From contig JAJFLT010000100.1 in assembly GCA_021772555.1 (NCBI GenBank), positions 1 to 26,276 of the forward strand: a DNA stretch of 26,276 nt, written 5' to 3'. Source of the stretch: Opitutales bacterium (GTDB lineage: Bacteria > Verrucomicrobiota > Verrucomicrobiia > Opitutales > UBA2987). How positions within the stretch are numbered: position 1 is the first letter of the stretch; every line of letters begins with the position of its first letter. The position numbers were made by a program, and so were the translations under genes. Below are positions 9,505 to 18,228 of the stretch, piece by piece. The notes under the pieces were generated by a model that ran no database searches, was not told where the DNA came from, and worked only from the letters and a program-made list of their open reading frames with translations.

Positions 9505-10755
9505 TCAGTGCGGCAGGGTTGGGCCGGCGTCTCCCGGCAACTCTCCGCCGGGAACCAGTTTTTGGGCCAGTTCGCCTTCCAGGTGAACCGTCCTGGTGGG
9601 AAAGGCGATGCTAGAACCGCGGGCCGCGACGGCGTCCATGATTTTTAGGTTTACCCGCTGCCGCACATCCATGTGCTCGAGCCAGGCCGTGGTGGTGGTA
9701 AAATAATAGACCAGGATGTTGAGAGAGCTTTCTCCGAAATCGGTAAAATTGACCAGAATGAACTCCTGGTTGACGCCCTCGTCCTCTCGCAGGAGCTGTC
9801 GGATATCCTCGACCAGGACTTCCATCGTCTCGGTCGGGGTACCGTATTCCACTCCCACGATCTGCTTGACTCGCCTCTTGGGCATTTGCGACCAATTGTT
9901 GATCATCTCGTTGGCGAGAACATTGTTGGGAATTGAGAGCACGGTTTTCGGCCAGGTGCGGATCTTGGTTGAGCGCAACCCGATTTCCTCAACATCACCA
10001 TCCACCCGGTCTCCCACCATAATCCAGTCCCCCACCTTAAACGGCCGATCCAGGGCGAGGGCAAAGGAACCGTAAAGATTGGCGATGGTGTCTTTGGCGG
10101 CAAAGGCAAAGGCGGCGCCACCCAGTCCAAGGGTGGCCAGAATGCCACCCACCGAGTATCCGAGATTGTCGATTACCATAATGATTCCGACAATGATGAC
10201 GAATACCCGGGTAGCTTTTTTCATGAGCGGAACAAACGCCCCCACCGTACTCCCTTTTAAATCGCTGATTTGGACCGTCAAATCAGCCAGAACATCGAGA
10301 AAGCGCAGAATACCCCAAAAAACCAACAGGGTGCTGGTGCCCCGGAAAAGTAGGGTGAAAAAGTGAAACAACTCGTCCTCAAGGGGTAAGACGGCAATGG
10401 CCAGATAAATGCCGAAAAATAGGAAGAAAAGGGAAACCGGTTTTTCCAGCGCCTCCAGCAAACGATCGTCGTAATCAGTCTTGGTGCGGGTCGCCAATTT
10501 CTTTAAGCGGGCAAATATCATCCGGGTCAGCACATTGCGAAAAATAAAGGTCAGTAGGATGATGCCGAAACTCCAGAGCAAATGCCCATAGGTGTATTTC
10601 CCGATAAAAGAACTCTCGAATATATCCGTTATCAGGCTCGGCCAAACACCTTCCAGCATTCCGATTCCCAACCCGGTGCTCGCCTCCGCGTCCAATGGTG
10701 CGGCCATCAGAAAACTGAAAAATACCATATGGAAAAAAGATCGTGCCAATGTCAT
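9505..10755 (-). CDS. mscS: MscS-family small-conductance mechanosensitive channel
   Basis: GLGGAAFAFAAKDTIANLYG, DRPFKVGDWI, GDVEEIGLRSTKIRT, IPNNVL, FTDFGESSLN, IAFPTRTV. The exact start is uncertain. Confidence 0.93.
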   Translation of the reverse strand: MTLARSFFHMVFFSFLMAAPLDAEASTGLGIGMLEGVWPSLITDIFESSFIGKYTYGHLLWSFGIILLTFIFRNVLTRMIFARLKKLATRTKTDYDDRLLEALEKPVSLFFLFFGIYLAIAVLPLEDELFHFFTLLFRGTSTLLVFWGILRFLDVLADLTVQISDLKGSTVGAFVPLMKKATRVFVIIVGIIMVIDNLGYSVGGILATLGLGGAAFAFAAKDTIANLYGSFALALDRPFKVGDWIMVGDRVDGDVEEIGLRSTKIRTWPKTVLSIPNNVLANEMINNWSQMPKRRVKQIVGVEYGTPTETMEVLVEDIRQLLREDEGVNQEFILVNFTDFGESSLNILVYYFTTTTAWLEHMDVRQRVNLKIMDAVAARGSSIAFPTRTVHLEGELAQKLVPGGELPGDAGPTLPH

Positions 10756-10862
10756 AATAGATTAATCGATTTGGAAATCAGGTTCTTATCAAACTCTATT
10801 CTTTCATAGGGCAGTAGCCGCTTTAGTAAAAGCAAAAAGCTCTCTTCCAGATCCATGTCCGA

Positions 10863-11756
10863 TTACAGTTGGTATTTTTCGCCGAGGTAGCTGTCCAAGG
10901 CCTGTAGTTCGTCGACGGTCAGGGCGCGCTGGTAGCAGATGATCTCGGCGAGTTGGCAGGTCAGCCAGTCGCCGAGGGTGGTGCTGGCGATTCCCGTGAT
11001 TGGGCTCGGGATGTCTTCGAAGGCATTTGCAGTGTCGGACGGGAGGGCGTAGGGCAGAACTTTGCCGTCAATGACGATGCGCGCGACCTTTGCCTCGTAG
11101 TCGACCGTCACCATCAAACGGTGCCAGGTGCCGCCGGTCAGGGCATGCCTATCATTTTCGATAAAAGACGAGTTATCAATGCCGTCCTCCTGGGCTGTCA
11201 CAGCACGGGAGTAAAGCTGCACTTCGCCGGTGCCTTCGATGATTTGGACGGAAACCCGGGTGTTGTAGTTACTCACATGAGTGAGGAAGAGGTAACGATT
11301 CGTGGTCCAGGGAGCATCGGGTGCAGGGGGCGGGCCGTAGACGAGAGTGGGGTTGACGAGAAAAACGGCGGTAAATCCGCTCGTTTGCTGGCCCAAGGCG
11401 TGGCCGGCCCTGTTCAGGATCAGGCTCTGCCGATTGTTGGCATCAAAAGACACCACAGGCTGACCGGCCAGAGCGCCAGGTTTGTAGGTAGGCGGATTGT
11501 GGATTCCCGTGTTCATGCCGACCTGTGGTACACGCCTTTCAAAAACGGCGTCGTAATCATTGCCAGAACGATCCGGCCAGAGTGTGATGACCTGGCCGTC
11601 TTTGTGTCCCGGGCTGAGATCGCCCGCGATCAGCCACAAGGCGAGGTCGTTGATCTGATGGGGTTGGACCGCGGCTGTGGCCAAGCCGGTAGTGACCGCC
11701 AATGGCAAGATGGCCACGGCCAAGACGAACGACCGAGGGCGGAAGTGTGTTTTCAT
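10863..11756 (-). CDS. Secreted protein with concanavalin A/LamG-like beta-sandwich
   Basis: Signal peptide MKTHFRPRSFVLAVAILPLAVTTGLATAA; LALWL.A.DL, WPDRSGN, WHRLMVTVD, LAEIICYQRALT...LDSYLGEKY. The ORF track start at 11816 is an alternative. Confidence 0.7.
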   Translation of the reverse strand: MKTHFRPRSFVLAVAILPLAVTTGLATAAVQPHQINDLALWLIAGDLSPGHKDGQVITLWPDRSGNDYDAVFERRVPQVGMNTGIHNPPTYKPGALAGQPVVSFDANNRQSLILNRAGHALGQQTSGFTAVFLVNPTLVYGPPPAPDAPWTTNRYLFLTHVSNYNTRVSVQIIEGTGEVQLYSRAVTAQEDGIDNSSFIENDRHALTGGTWHRLMVTVDYEAKVARIVIDGKVLPYALPSDTANAFEDIPSPITGIASTTLGDWLTCQLAEIICYQRALTVDELQALDSYLGEKYQL

Positions 11757-11819
11757 GATAGAGAAGGGGAAGCGACGGACCGATTTCGTCCTACTTTTAT
11801 CGCTGATATTGAACATGAA

Positions 11820-13403
11820 TTAATTTTCCAACGTAAGAGCGTAAACGGTGGCATCGTTTTCCAAATAGATACGCAACCAATAGGTTCCGCCTGGTAGATC
11901 AGTGATTCGCTTGGTTTTCCACGCCACAGGATGCCGCAGATGGTTTCCTTGAATCACTTCGGATTCCTCACGAGTATAGCCTTCGAGCTTCCAACCGTTT
12001 GAATTCAATATTTCCATGCGGATGGCGCCAGACGTGGCATCCGCGTTTAGTGACAATGCGGCAACATTCTCGATCAGCATGGGCTGAAGAGTGATTTGGC
12101 CGATCTTCTCGATGGGACGGATTCCCGCGAATCGATCAAGTGGCATGGAAGCCATGCCAACGCCGGTGGGTTTGGAGAGGAAGTTCTTTTTTCCACCACT
12201 CCATCGGCCGGAGTAGGCACCAAAATAAAATCGCACCTCGTCTTCGAGAAAAACGGGCGTCGCGTTGCTCCAAACCAGGCTACCGAAGGAATCCTGATCA
12301 GGCACAGGTATGAAAGGACGGTCTCGAAAGGGTCGATCCCAATTGAGACCGTCACGGCTGATGGCAAGTTCTCCCGGCATTCGCCCGCTGAGCCGCGCAT
12401 CCATTTTCTGGAGCAAACCAAAGTAAACACCCTGATAATAAAATACCGGTCCTCCGTGCAATTGGATTCCCTTGCTTCCGCCTCCCACGCCACTGGTTTC
12501 GAGTTCCAGGTCGTCCCCTTCCCATCCGTCAAATTCGTCCGGCGCCATCATCAACTGCGGCTGGGACCAGTGAAGGAAATCTCGGCTTTCGCTACGGACA
12601 ATCGCCCGTTTCCATTGCTCGCCGGTGTGGCCGTCGATCCAGGTCTTGCCATAGATAACAAACATTTCGCGTACGGGGTCGAACATCACGTCGTTGACAT
12701 CGCTGACCGTATGAACGACGCCTGGAAATGCCTTCAAGAGGGGGATCTCCGGATATTTTTCCCAGTGAATGCCGTCGGGGGAGAAGCCCACACCCAAACC
12801 GTATCCCTTGTCCTCCGGATCTTCCCAAAAAACCATTTTGTAACGTCGCGCCGAATCCGAATCTCGCGGGTCGTACAATACCGCGGCCCCGTAATGACCG
12901 AGGCCGGTCAAAACGATGTTAGTGGGTTTTCCATCAATGGGAAAGTGGTCCATCATGGGCTTGGTCCAAACGATTCCGTCATCCGAAGTCGCGTAGCACA
13001 CGCAAGCTCCCAATTCCCCTCGATAGGCTTGGTACCAAAGTTGGTATCGCCCGGTGTGATCGCGGTGAACGCTGCAATAGGCTATTGTTTTCTCCCATGG
13101 AAGATCATCCGGGATAAGAGGATTGTCGGGGTGGTGGTCCAGGGGACGAAGGATACGCTTGGTACCCGGTCGGTACATCACCGAATGATCATCCACAAAA
13201 AGGATCGTTTTCGAATCAGAGGTAGTCCCCGTTTCCTGCCCTAGGACCGGGAGGCAAAGAACAATGAAAGTTGCGAACCATTTGAAGCACTTACGAGGAC
13301 AGTATCCTAGCATAGGCAAAGGATATTTTCGCAAGAAAAACAGGTTGTCAATAAGTGATCTGGTCCACATCTGTCCTGCGCTTACCGATTGGCCAGAGAC
13401 CAA
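11820..13403 (-). CDS. Secreted beta-propeller, glycoside-hydrolase-like protein (GH32/43/130-like fold), function unknown
   Basis: Repeated Asp-box-like blades (YATSDDGIVWTKP, FSPDGIHWEK, ESRDFLHWSQP, ISRDGLNWDR) and a C-terminal beta-sandwich. The start may be 13313 (MLGYCPRK...). Confidence 0.65.
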   Translation of the reverse strand: MVSGQSVSAGQMWTRSLIDNLFFLRKYPLPMLGYCPRKCFKWFATFIVLCLPVLGQETGTTSDSKTILFVDDHSVMYRPGTKRILRPLDHHPDNPLIPDDLPWEKTIAYCSVHRDHTGRYQLWYQAYRGELGACVCYATSDDGIVWTKPMMDHFPIDGKPTNIVLTGLGHYGAAVLYDPRDSDSARRYKMVFWEDPEDKGYGLGVGFSPDGIHWEKYPEIPLLKAFPGVVHTVSDVNDVMFDPVREMFVIYGKTWIDGHTGEQWKRAIVRSESRDFLHWSQPQLMMAPDEFDGWEGDDLELETSGVGGGSKGIQLHGGPVFYYQGVYFGLLQKMDARLSGRMPGELAISRDGLNWDRPFRDRPFIPVPDQDSFGSLVWSNATPVFLEDEVRFYFGAYSGRWSGGKKNFLSKPTGVGMASMPLDRFAGIRPIEKIGQITLQPMLIENVAALSLNADATSGAIRMEILNSNGWKLEGYTREESEVIQGNHLRHPVAWKTKRITDLPGGTYWLRIYLENDATVYALTLEN

Positions 13404-13449
13404 GAGGGCATCTCAAGAGGTTGGATGCTTACTTGGTATATGATTTATT

Positions 13450-13476
13450 CTCTGTGTTCTCTGCTCTCGGTGGTTT
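13450..13476. repeat. Short CTCTG-iterated intergenic element
   Basis: CTCTGTGTTCTCTGCTCTCGGTGGTTT: three CTCTG-like units; resembles short dispersed repeats I associate with PVC genomes. Only one copy in the window. Confidence 0.3.
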
Positions 13477-13568
13477 AACCTAACCTTTTTGCAGGCAGAG
13501 TTGACGCATCTGCCGATACTCGAGTGGACTTTGACTTTGGCTTATTCTGTGACCAGTAGCCAGTATAG

Positions 13569-14285
13569 CTACTTAACATCGGCGTCTTCGCTGCCTTTCC
13601 GGCCCCGGCGGGAAGCCCGAGCGGCCTCTCTTTCCTCTGGGGACAATACGCCGTCGCCATCGGTATCAAACCGAGTCACCATTTCCGCGTGTCGAGTTTC
13701 CCTGAAAGCCTTGGCGGCAGACTTCTCCTCCTCGGACAGAACACCGTCGCCATCGGTATCAAAGCGTTTTACGCGCTCATGATGCCTGCGGGCAGGGCGG
13801 GGTCCTTTATCCCCCGGCTTTCTCAATTCCCTACCGCGCTCACGCGCCGCGGCTCTCTCTTCCTCGGATAGTTCTCCATCGCCATCCGTATCGAACTTTG
13901 CCAATCGCTCCGCCATGAACTGCTCCCGGCGTTTTTGAAAGAAGGCGTGCGCTTCTTCTTTTTCCACCTCGGAGAGGGTTCCGTCCCCGTCGGCGTCAAA
14001 TTTTTCCAGCATACGGTTGTGGCCCATGCCGGGTCCCTTCCTTCCGAGCCCACCGTCCCCGAAACGTTCTTGCATGTGCGCCCGGGCGGCTTCCCTTTCC
14101 TCCTCGGAAATAATTCCGTCGCCATCCGCATCGAATTTTTCCCGGAATCGTTCAAAATTAGGCAGCTTGTCTTCCTCGGCCATGACCAGCGACCACAAGC
14201 CACTCCAAAGAGCCGTCGCGGCAACGATTAAAAACAGGTTCAAGAATTGATTTTGGTATTTCATAAATGGTTTATTCCTCTTCAT
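13569..14285 (-). CDS. Secreted EF-hand Ca2+-binding protein with five DxDGDG loops
   Basis: FDADGDGIISEEE, FDADGDGTLSEVE, FDTDGDGELSEEE, FDTDGDGVLSEEE, FDTDGDGVLSPEE; N-terminal signal peptide (start may be 14264). Confidence 0.88.
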   Translation of the reverse strand: MKRNKPFMKYQNQFLNLFLIVAATALWSGLWSLVMAEEDKLPNFERFREKFDADGDGIISEEEREAARAHMQERFGDGGLGRKGPGMGHNRMLEKFDADGDGTLSEVEKEEAHAFFQKRREQFMAERLAKFDTDGDGELSEEERAAARERGRELRKPGDKGPRPARRHHERVKRFDTDGDGVLSEEEKSAAKAFRETRHAEMVTRFDTDGDGVLSPEEREAARASRRGRKGSEDADVK

Positions 14286-14447
14286 TTAAGATTGGCGAGA
14301 TGCGCCGGCAAAATTACGACCATTTAAACACACCTCATTTTTAAAAGTTGCAGAACACCGCTTAGTCGGAAAGGATAATCCCTAATTTTCCTCCTCAATC
14401 CGGTCAACCATCCGCAAGTGGAAGTTCGATAAATCAATTGCAAATCC

Positions 14448-14804
14448 ATGTACCAGATAACCTTCAGCAAGCAAAGCATGGAAGAGCTGAACAAGCTGGA
14501 AATAATCGACCAGATGCAATTGGTGGAGAGGATCTCCAACCTCTCACCGAAGCAACTGGCCCGACCCCGCGAACCCCTGGGCAAGTTTCATCGGGAGGGA
14601 AAAACTTTTTATCGCCTGCGAGCTGGTGAGTTTCGCCTCTACTTCGAGGTCGAGGGGGATTTTATCAACAATCGCTACATGCTGCATAAAAACACCCTCA
14701 CAGACTTTATTGTTCGAGCCAAGTTGCCCCTGTCGCAGGAACAGTTATTGGAGCAGCATCAGTCATTTTGGAAATACCTGGAAACATTGACCAAAAACCA
14801 TTGA
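14448..14804 (+). CDS. RelE/ParE-fold protein with C-terminal extension (no adjacent antitoxin)
   Basis: MYQITFSKQSMEELNKL N-terminus and FYRLRAGEFRLYFEV, matching the RelE YRLRVGDYRIIY signature. Confidence 0.7.
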   Translation: MYQITFSKQSMEELNKLEIIDQMQLVERISNLSPKQLARPREPLGKFHREGKTFYRLRAGEFRLYFEVEGDFINNRYMLHKNTLTDFIVRAKLPLSQEQLLEQHQSFWKYLETLTKNH

Positions 14805-14810
14805 TAGAAA

Positions 14811-15701
14811 ATGTCCGCTCAGGAAAAACAAATTCCTAATCAAATCGATGCGGCCGAAGCCAGCCGCATTTATTTTCTCCCCAGTCTGATGACCGCGGGC
14901 AATCTCTTTTGTGGGTACCTGGCTGTCATACGTTGCATTCAGGCAAAATATGTATCGAGTAAAATCCTCGAAGACACACCCAATGCCGTGATGACCGCCC
15001 TGGAAGCCGAAGCCACTGGATTTTACAAACAGGCGGTATGGCTCATTCTTTTGGCGGTCATATTCGACACCCTTGATGGTCGACTGGCCCGGCTGGGGGG
15101 CAAGGAGTCATTATTCGGCAAGGAATTCGATTCCATCGCGGACATTGTTTCATTCGGTATGGCACCGGCCCTGATGGTTTTCTTCCTCATCCTGTCACCG
15201 ACCGACGCCTTTCCCTATTTTCGCCAACTGGGATGGTTGATCGGGTTCATTTACCTGTTGTGCGCGGCCGTCCGGCTGGGACGGTTCAATGTTATCACCC
15301 ATCCCTTGGTTCATGGCGTCAAACCGCGTGGATCAGAGGACTTTCAGGGTTTACCTGTGCCCGCCGCAGCAGGCATGATCGCCTCTTTCGTGCTCGTCCT
15401 CAATCGTTACGACCTCAGAGCGTGGTCTTTTTTTCTACCCATATTGCTCCTTCTGGTTGCCTTCCTCATGATCAGCAAGGTTCCCTTCCCCAGCTTTAAA
15501 AACATCGGGTGGGACACGCGAACGCGCGTCCGAAGTTTTATTTATCTGTTCGTCGGTCTGGGCCTGGTTTTTTTGTTTCATGACTTCGCCTTCGCCATCC
15601 TTTTTGTGGGTTACCTATTTTTTGGCCTTATCAGGCACTTTCGCAAAAACAAATCAGAAATTTTTAAAAACTGGTTCCGAACGGGTTCCAAACCCTCATG
15701 A
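14811..15701 (+). CDS. pssA: CDP-diacylglycerol--serine O-phosphatidyltransferase (CDP-alcohol phosphotransferase)
   Basis: LPSLMTAGNLFCG; DTLDGRLARLGGKESLFGKEFDSIADIVSFG motif; RLGRFN; FQGLPVPAAAG. Confidence 0.88.
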   Translation: MSAQEKQIPNQIDAAEASRIYFLPSLMTAGNLFCGYLAVIRCIQAKYVSSKILEDTPNAVMTALEAEATGFYKQAVWLILLAVIFDTLDGRLARLGGKESLFGKEFDSIADIVSFGMAPALMVFFLILSPTDAFPYFRQLGWLIGFIYLLCAAVRLGRFNVITHPLVHGVKPRGSEDFQGLPVPAAAGMIASFVLVLNRYDLRAWSFFLPILLLLVAFLMISKVPFPSFKNIGWDTRTRVRSFIYLFVGLGLVFLFHDFAFAILFVGYLFFGLIRHFRKNKSEIFKNWFRTGSKPS

Positions 15702-15965
15702 ACCGGTCTTGGTAACTATTAAACTTCCTGTGAATAATATCGGAACAAGAAGGTTTTTATTGGGACAGAGATAAAATAAACAATTCGACGAAAGGTGTTG
15801 TGACGAATAATTAACCCAATAAATCGTTCGACTGGAATGACTTAAATTGCTTGTTTAAACTACTCACAGCCTATAAGAATACTAGATATTTTATAACTTA
15901 AATATATGTAGATATATAAAAGTTGTCAGCAACGCTACAATCCCGCTAAATTCAGTCATTGAATC
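15702..15965. other. AT-rich intergenic region with DnaA box(es): candidate oriC or DnaA-regulated dnaN promoter
   Basis: Perfect TTWTNCACA box on the minus strand (TGTGAATAA, 15729-15737); two 2-mismatch boxes (15799-15807, 15860-15868); 15872-15921 has 44 of 50 bases A/T. Confidence 0.4.
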
Positions 15966-17093
15966 ATGAAATTTAAAATCAATCGCGACCATTTTTCCAG
16001 TGGCTTGTCCAGAGTTCTCAATGTTGTCGGCACCCGAGCCACAATGCCCATTCTCAGCAATGTGCTTATTGACGCCGAAGACGGTTTCATATCCCTGACC
16101 ACGACCAATCTCGACCTCGGCATCCGCTGCAAAATTAAAGCCGAAGTCCTCGAACCCGGCGGCATTACTTTGCCCGTGCGTAAATTGGCCACCATTATCC
16201 GTGAATTACCCAATCTGGATGTGGAGTTGGAAACCTCCTCCAACCAGCAGGCGAAAATAACCTCAGGCGGTTCCCTTTTCCGGGTCATGGGAATCGAAAG
16301 GGAAGAATTTCCCTCTTTGCCCAGCTTCAGTGACGATCATGTTTACAATCTATCCCAATCGGATCTGGCCGAAATGCTGCGGTGTGTTTCCTACGCTCAA
16401 AGCAGCGATGAAACCCGCTACATCATGAACGGGATTTATTTCAATTTCGAGGAGGGCACCATGACCCTGGCTGCCACCGATGGCCGGCGACTGGCCGTCA
16501 TTAAAAAGGAATTGGAAGCAACCGAAGACAAGGGAGGCAGTCTCATTCTGCCAGCCAAGACAGTGGCCGAACTGGAACGTATCCTGGGCGGTGGTGAATC
16601 CGTTAAAATTGCCTTCAACGACCGGCAGGCGGCCTTCGAACTGAGTAACGGCGAAGATGAAAAATCTTCCGGCCTGATCGGCAGCACCTATCTGGTTTCC
16701 AAAGTGGTCGAGGGAAAATACCCCAACTACCGGCAGGTGATACCGCAGGAAACCGAGCAGCGTATCAAAATCGAGCGCGAGCTCCTCCTCGACTGCGTCA
16801 AGCGGGCCGCTCTCGTGACGACCGACCAGAGCAGCTCCATCAAAATGAAAATCCATAACAACCTGATGGAAATCACCGCCTCCAGCCCCGAGTACGGTCA
16901 ATCCCACGAATCCCTCGCCGTGCAGTTTGATGGGCCCGAAATATCCGTCGCCTTCAACCCCGGATTCCTCGCAGATCCGCTCAAGGCGGTCACCAAGGAC
17001 GAGATTATCTTCGAGTTTAAAGACGAACTCAGCCCCGGTGTAGTCCGCACCACGGAAAACTTTCTCTGCGTAATCATGCCCCTCAGGCTCTAA
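15966..17093 (+). CDS. dnaN: DNA polymerase III beta sliding clamp
   Basis: [60 protein letters not shown]-like VAFNPGFL, C-terminal VIMPLRL. Confidence 0.97.
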   Translation: MKFKINRDHFSSGLSRVLNVVGTRATMPILSNVLIDAEDGFISLTTTNLDLGIRCKIKAEVLEPGGITLPVRKLATIIRELPNLDVELETSSNQQAKITSGGSLFRVMGIEREEFPSLPSFSDDHVYNLSQSDLAEMLRCVSYAQSSDETRYIMNGIYFNFEEGTMTLAATDGRRLAVIKKELEATEDKGGSLILPAKTVAELERILGGGESVKIAFNDRQAAFELSNGEDEKSSGLIGSTYLVSKVVEGKYPNYRQVIPQETEQRIKIERELLLDCVKRAALVTTDQSSSIKMKIHNNLMEITASSPEYGQSHESLAVQFDGPEISVAFNPGFLADPLKAVTKDEIIFEFKDELSPGVVRTTENFLCVIMPLRL

Positions 17094-17218
17094 CGGCTGG
17101 CCCTTATGCTGTGCTGCAACCTGTGGATCTCAGCTAAAAAATCTTCGTCTTCTTCTCAAGTAGCCGTCCCGATTTTAGAAAAATAATTGGATATGGCAGG
17201 AGTTAAAGAAATTCGTGC

Positions 17219-18109
17219 ATGAATGATAATTCACATTACCTGTTGCAACAAATACTGCTATTCTCCCTCGTGGTTTGCTTCCTTTTTTACCAGGACCGGC
17301 TTTCCACCTCGCCCATTGTGGCCATTTTCAACCGTTGGGTGAGGTGGATTACCATATCACTGGGGCTCGCTTATATCGTCCACACTTCGGGTGTCAGCGG
17401 GCGACCATTCTGGATATTGGCGGTTTGTGGTTTCCTCGGCTGGTTTCTCCTCGAAACCATTTACAATTGGCTAGCCATCGCGGCCCTGAGCAAAAGCCCG
17501 GTTCCCCTTTTTCCCAAATTTGAAGTCAATGAATCGGGTGATGAATGGCCGGCTCAAAAACACTTTATAGGCCTGCGCGAATGGCTCCGAGAAGAGGGTT
17601 TTCAACGCATCGTGGCACTGCGGGCGGAGATCGTTGAGTCGATAGTTCTGCGTCTTTCGGTCTATCAAAACGCCGATAAAACCATACGATTGCAGATCAT
17701 GTTTTTGCCCCACCGCAGCGGGAATGTCTCTGTTTGCCACATCCTCAGCTCGCAGGGACGGGAGGGCTACCGCCTCATCACCGACAACTATTTTTTGCCT
17801 TTCGGCGGGTTTTATCCCGAAGCCTGGGTGGTCGATCGGAGCCCCTGGACGCGCTCGGTCAGTAAATTACTACACCGGCACAAACAACGGGTGCAATCCT
17901 CCGGCGAGAAAATTCTTCCCTGGGACGAGGACCCGCTGATCGAGATGAACGACCAGCAACGCATCCTCGAGCGCATCAACACAGACCTCGGCTTTCTCTT
18001 CCCCCGGCATTTACAGGAAAACTACGGCAAAATCACCTCGGAGGGCCGCTATCGCTTCTGGAAAGAAATCTGGCTCCTCAACTACTTCGGCATCACTTTC
18101 GTCAGGTAA
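17219..18109 (+). CDS. Hypothetical membrane-anchored protein (about 3 N-terminal TM helices plus a soluble domain); its 3' end is the repeated sequence
   Basis: 296-aa ORF 125 nt downstream of dnaN on the same strand; hydrophobic N-terminal third; ends ...GKITSEGRYRFWKEIWLLNYFGITFVR*. Confidence 0.8.
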   Translation: MNDNSHYLLQQILLFSLVVCFLFYQDRLSTSPIVAIFNRWVRWITISLGLAYIVHTSGVSGRPFWILAVCGFLGWFLLETIYNWLAIAALSKSPVPLFPKFEVNESGDEWPAQKHFIGLREWLREEGFQRIVALRAEIVESIVLRLSVYQNADKTIRLQIMFLPHRSGNVSVCHILSSQGREGYRLITDNYFLPFGGFYPEAWVVDRSPWTRSVSKLLHRHKQRVQSSGEKILPWDEDPLIEMNDQQRILERINTDLGFLFPRHLQENYGKITSEGRYRFWKEIWLLNYFGITFVR

Positions 18110-18111
18110 GG
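17990..18111 (+). repeat. Direct repeat copy 1 (intact 3' end of the gene downstream of dnaN)
   Basis: Core GGCAAAATCACCTCGGAGGGCCGCTATCGCTTCTGGAAAGAAATCTGGCTCCTCAACTACTTCGGCATCACTTTCGTCAGGTAA (18026-18109). Confidence 0.95.
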
Positions 18112-18228
18112 AGAGAGAGTGTCCTGTATTGGTTTGAGCAGTCTTAATTTTCCAAGCTCGAAAGAACCTCAAGCAGCGTTGTATCGCCATTGTTGCAACT
18201 GAATAGAACCACGGGACAGGCTCTAATT

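Noticed and set aside
10953-13244. Long plus-strand ORFs 10953-11897 (314 aa) and 12096-13244 (382 aa)
   Set aside because: They are antisense shadows of motif-bearing minus-strand genes in GC-rich DNA, with no recognisable domains.
14324-14629. Small ORFs near the RelE-like gene as a possible antitoxin
   Set aside because: They overlap the RelE-like CDS in other frames or strands and show no RHH, HTH or Phd features.
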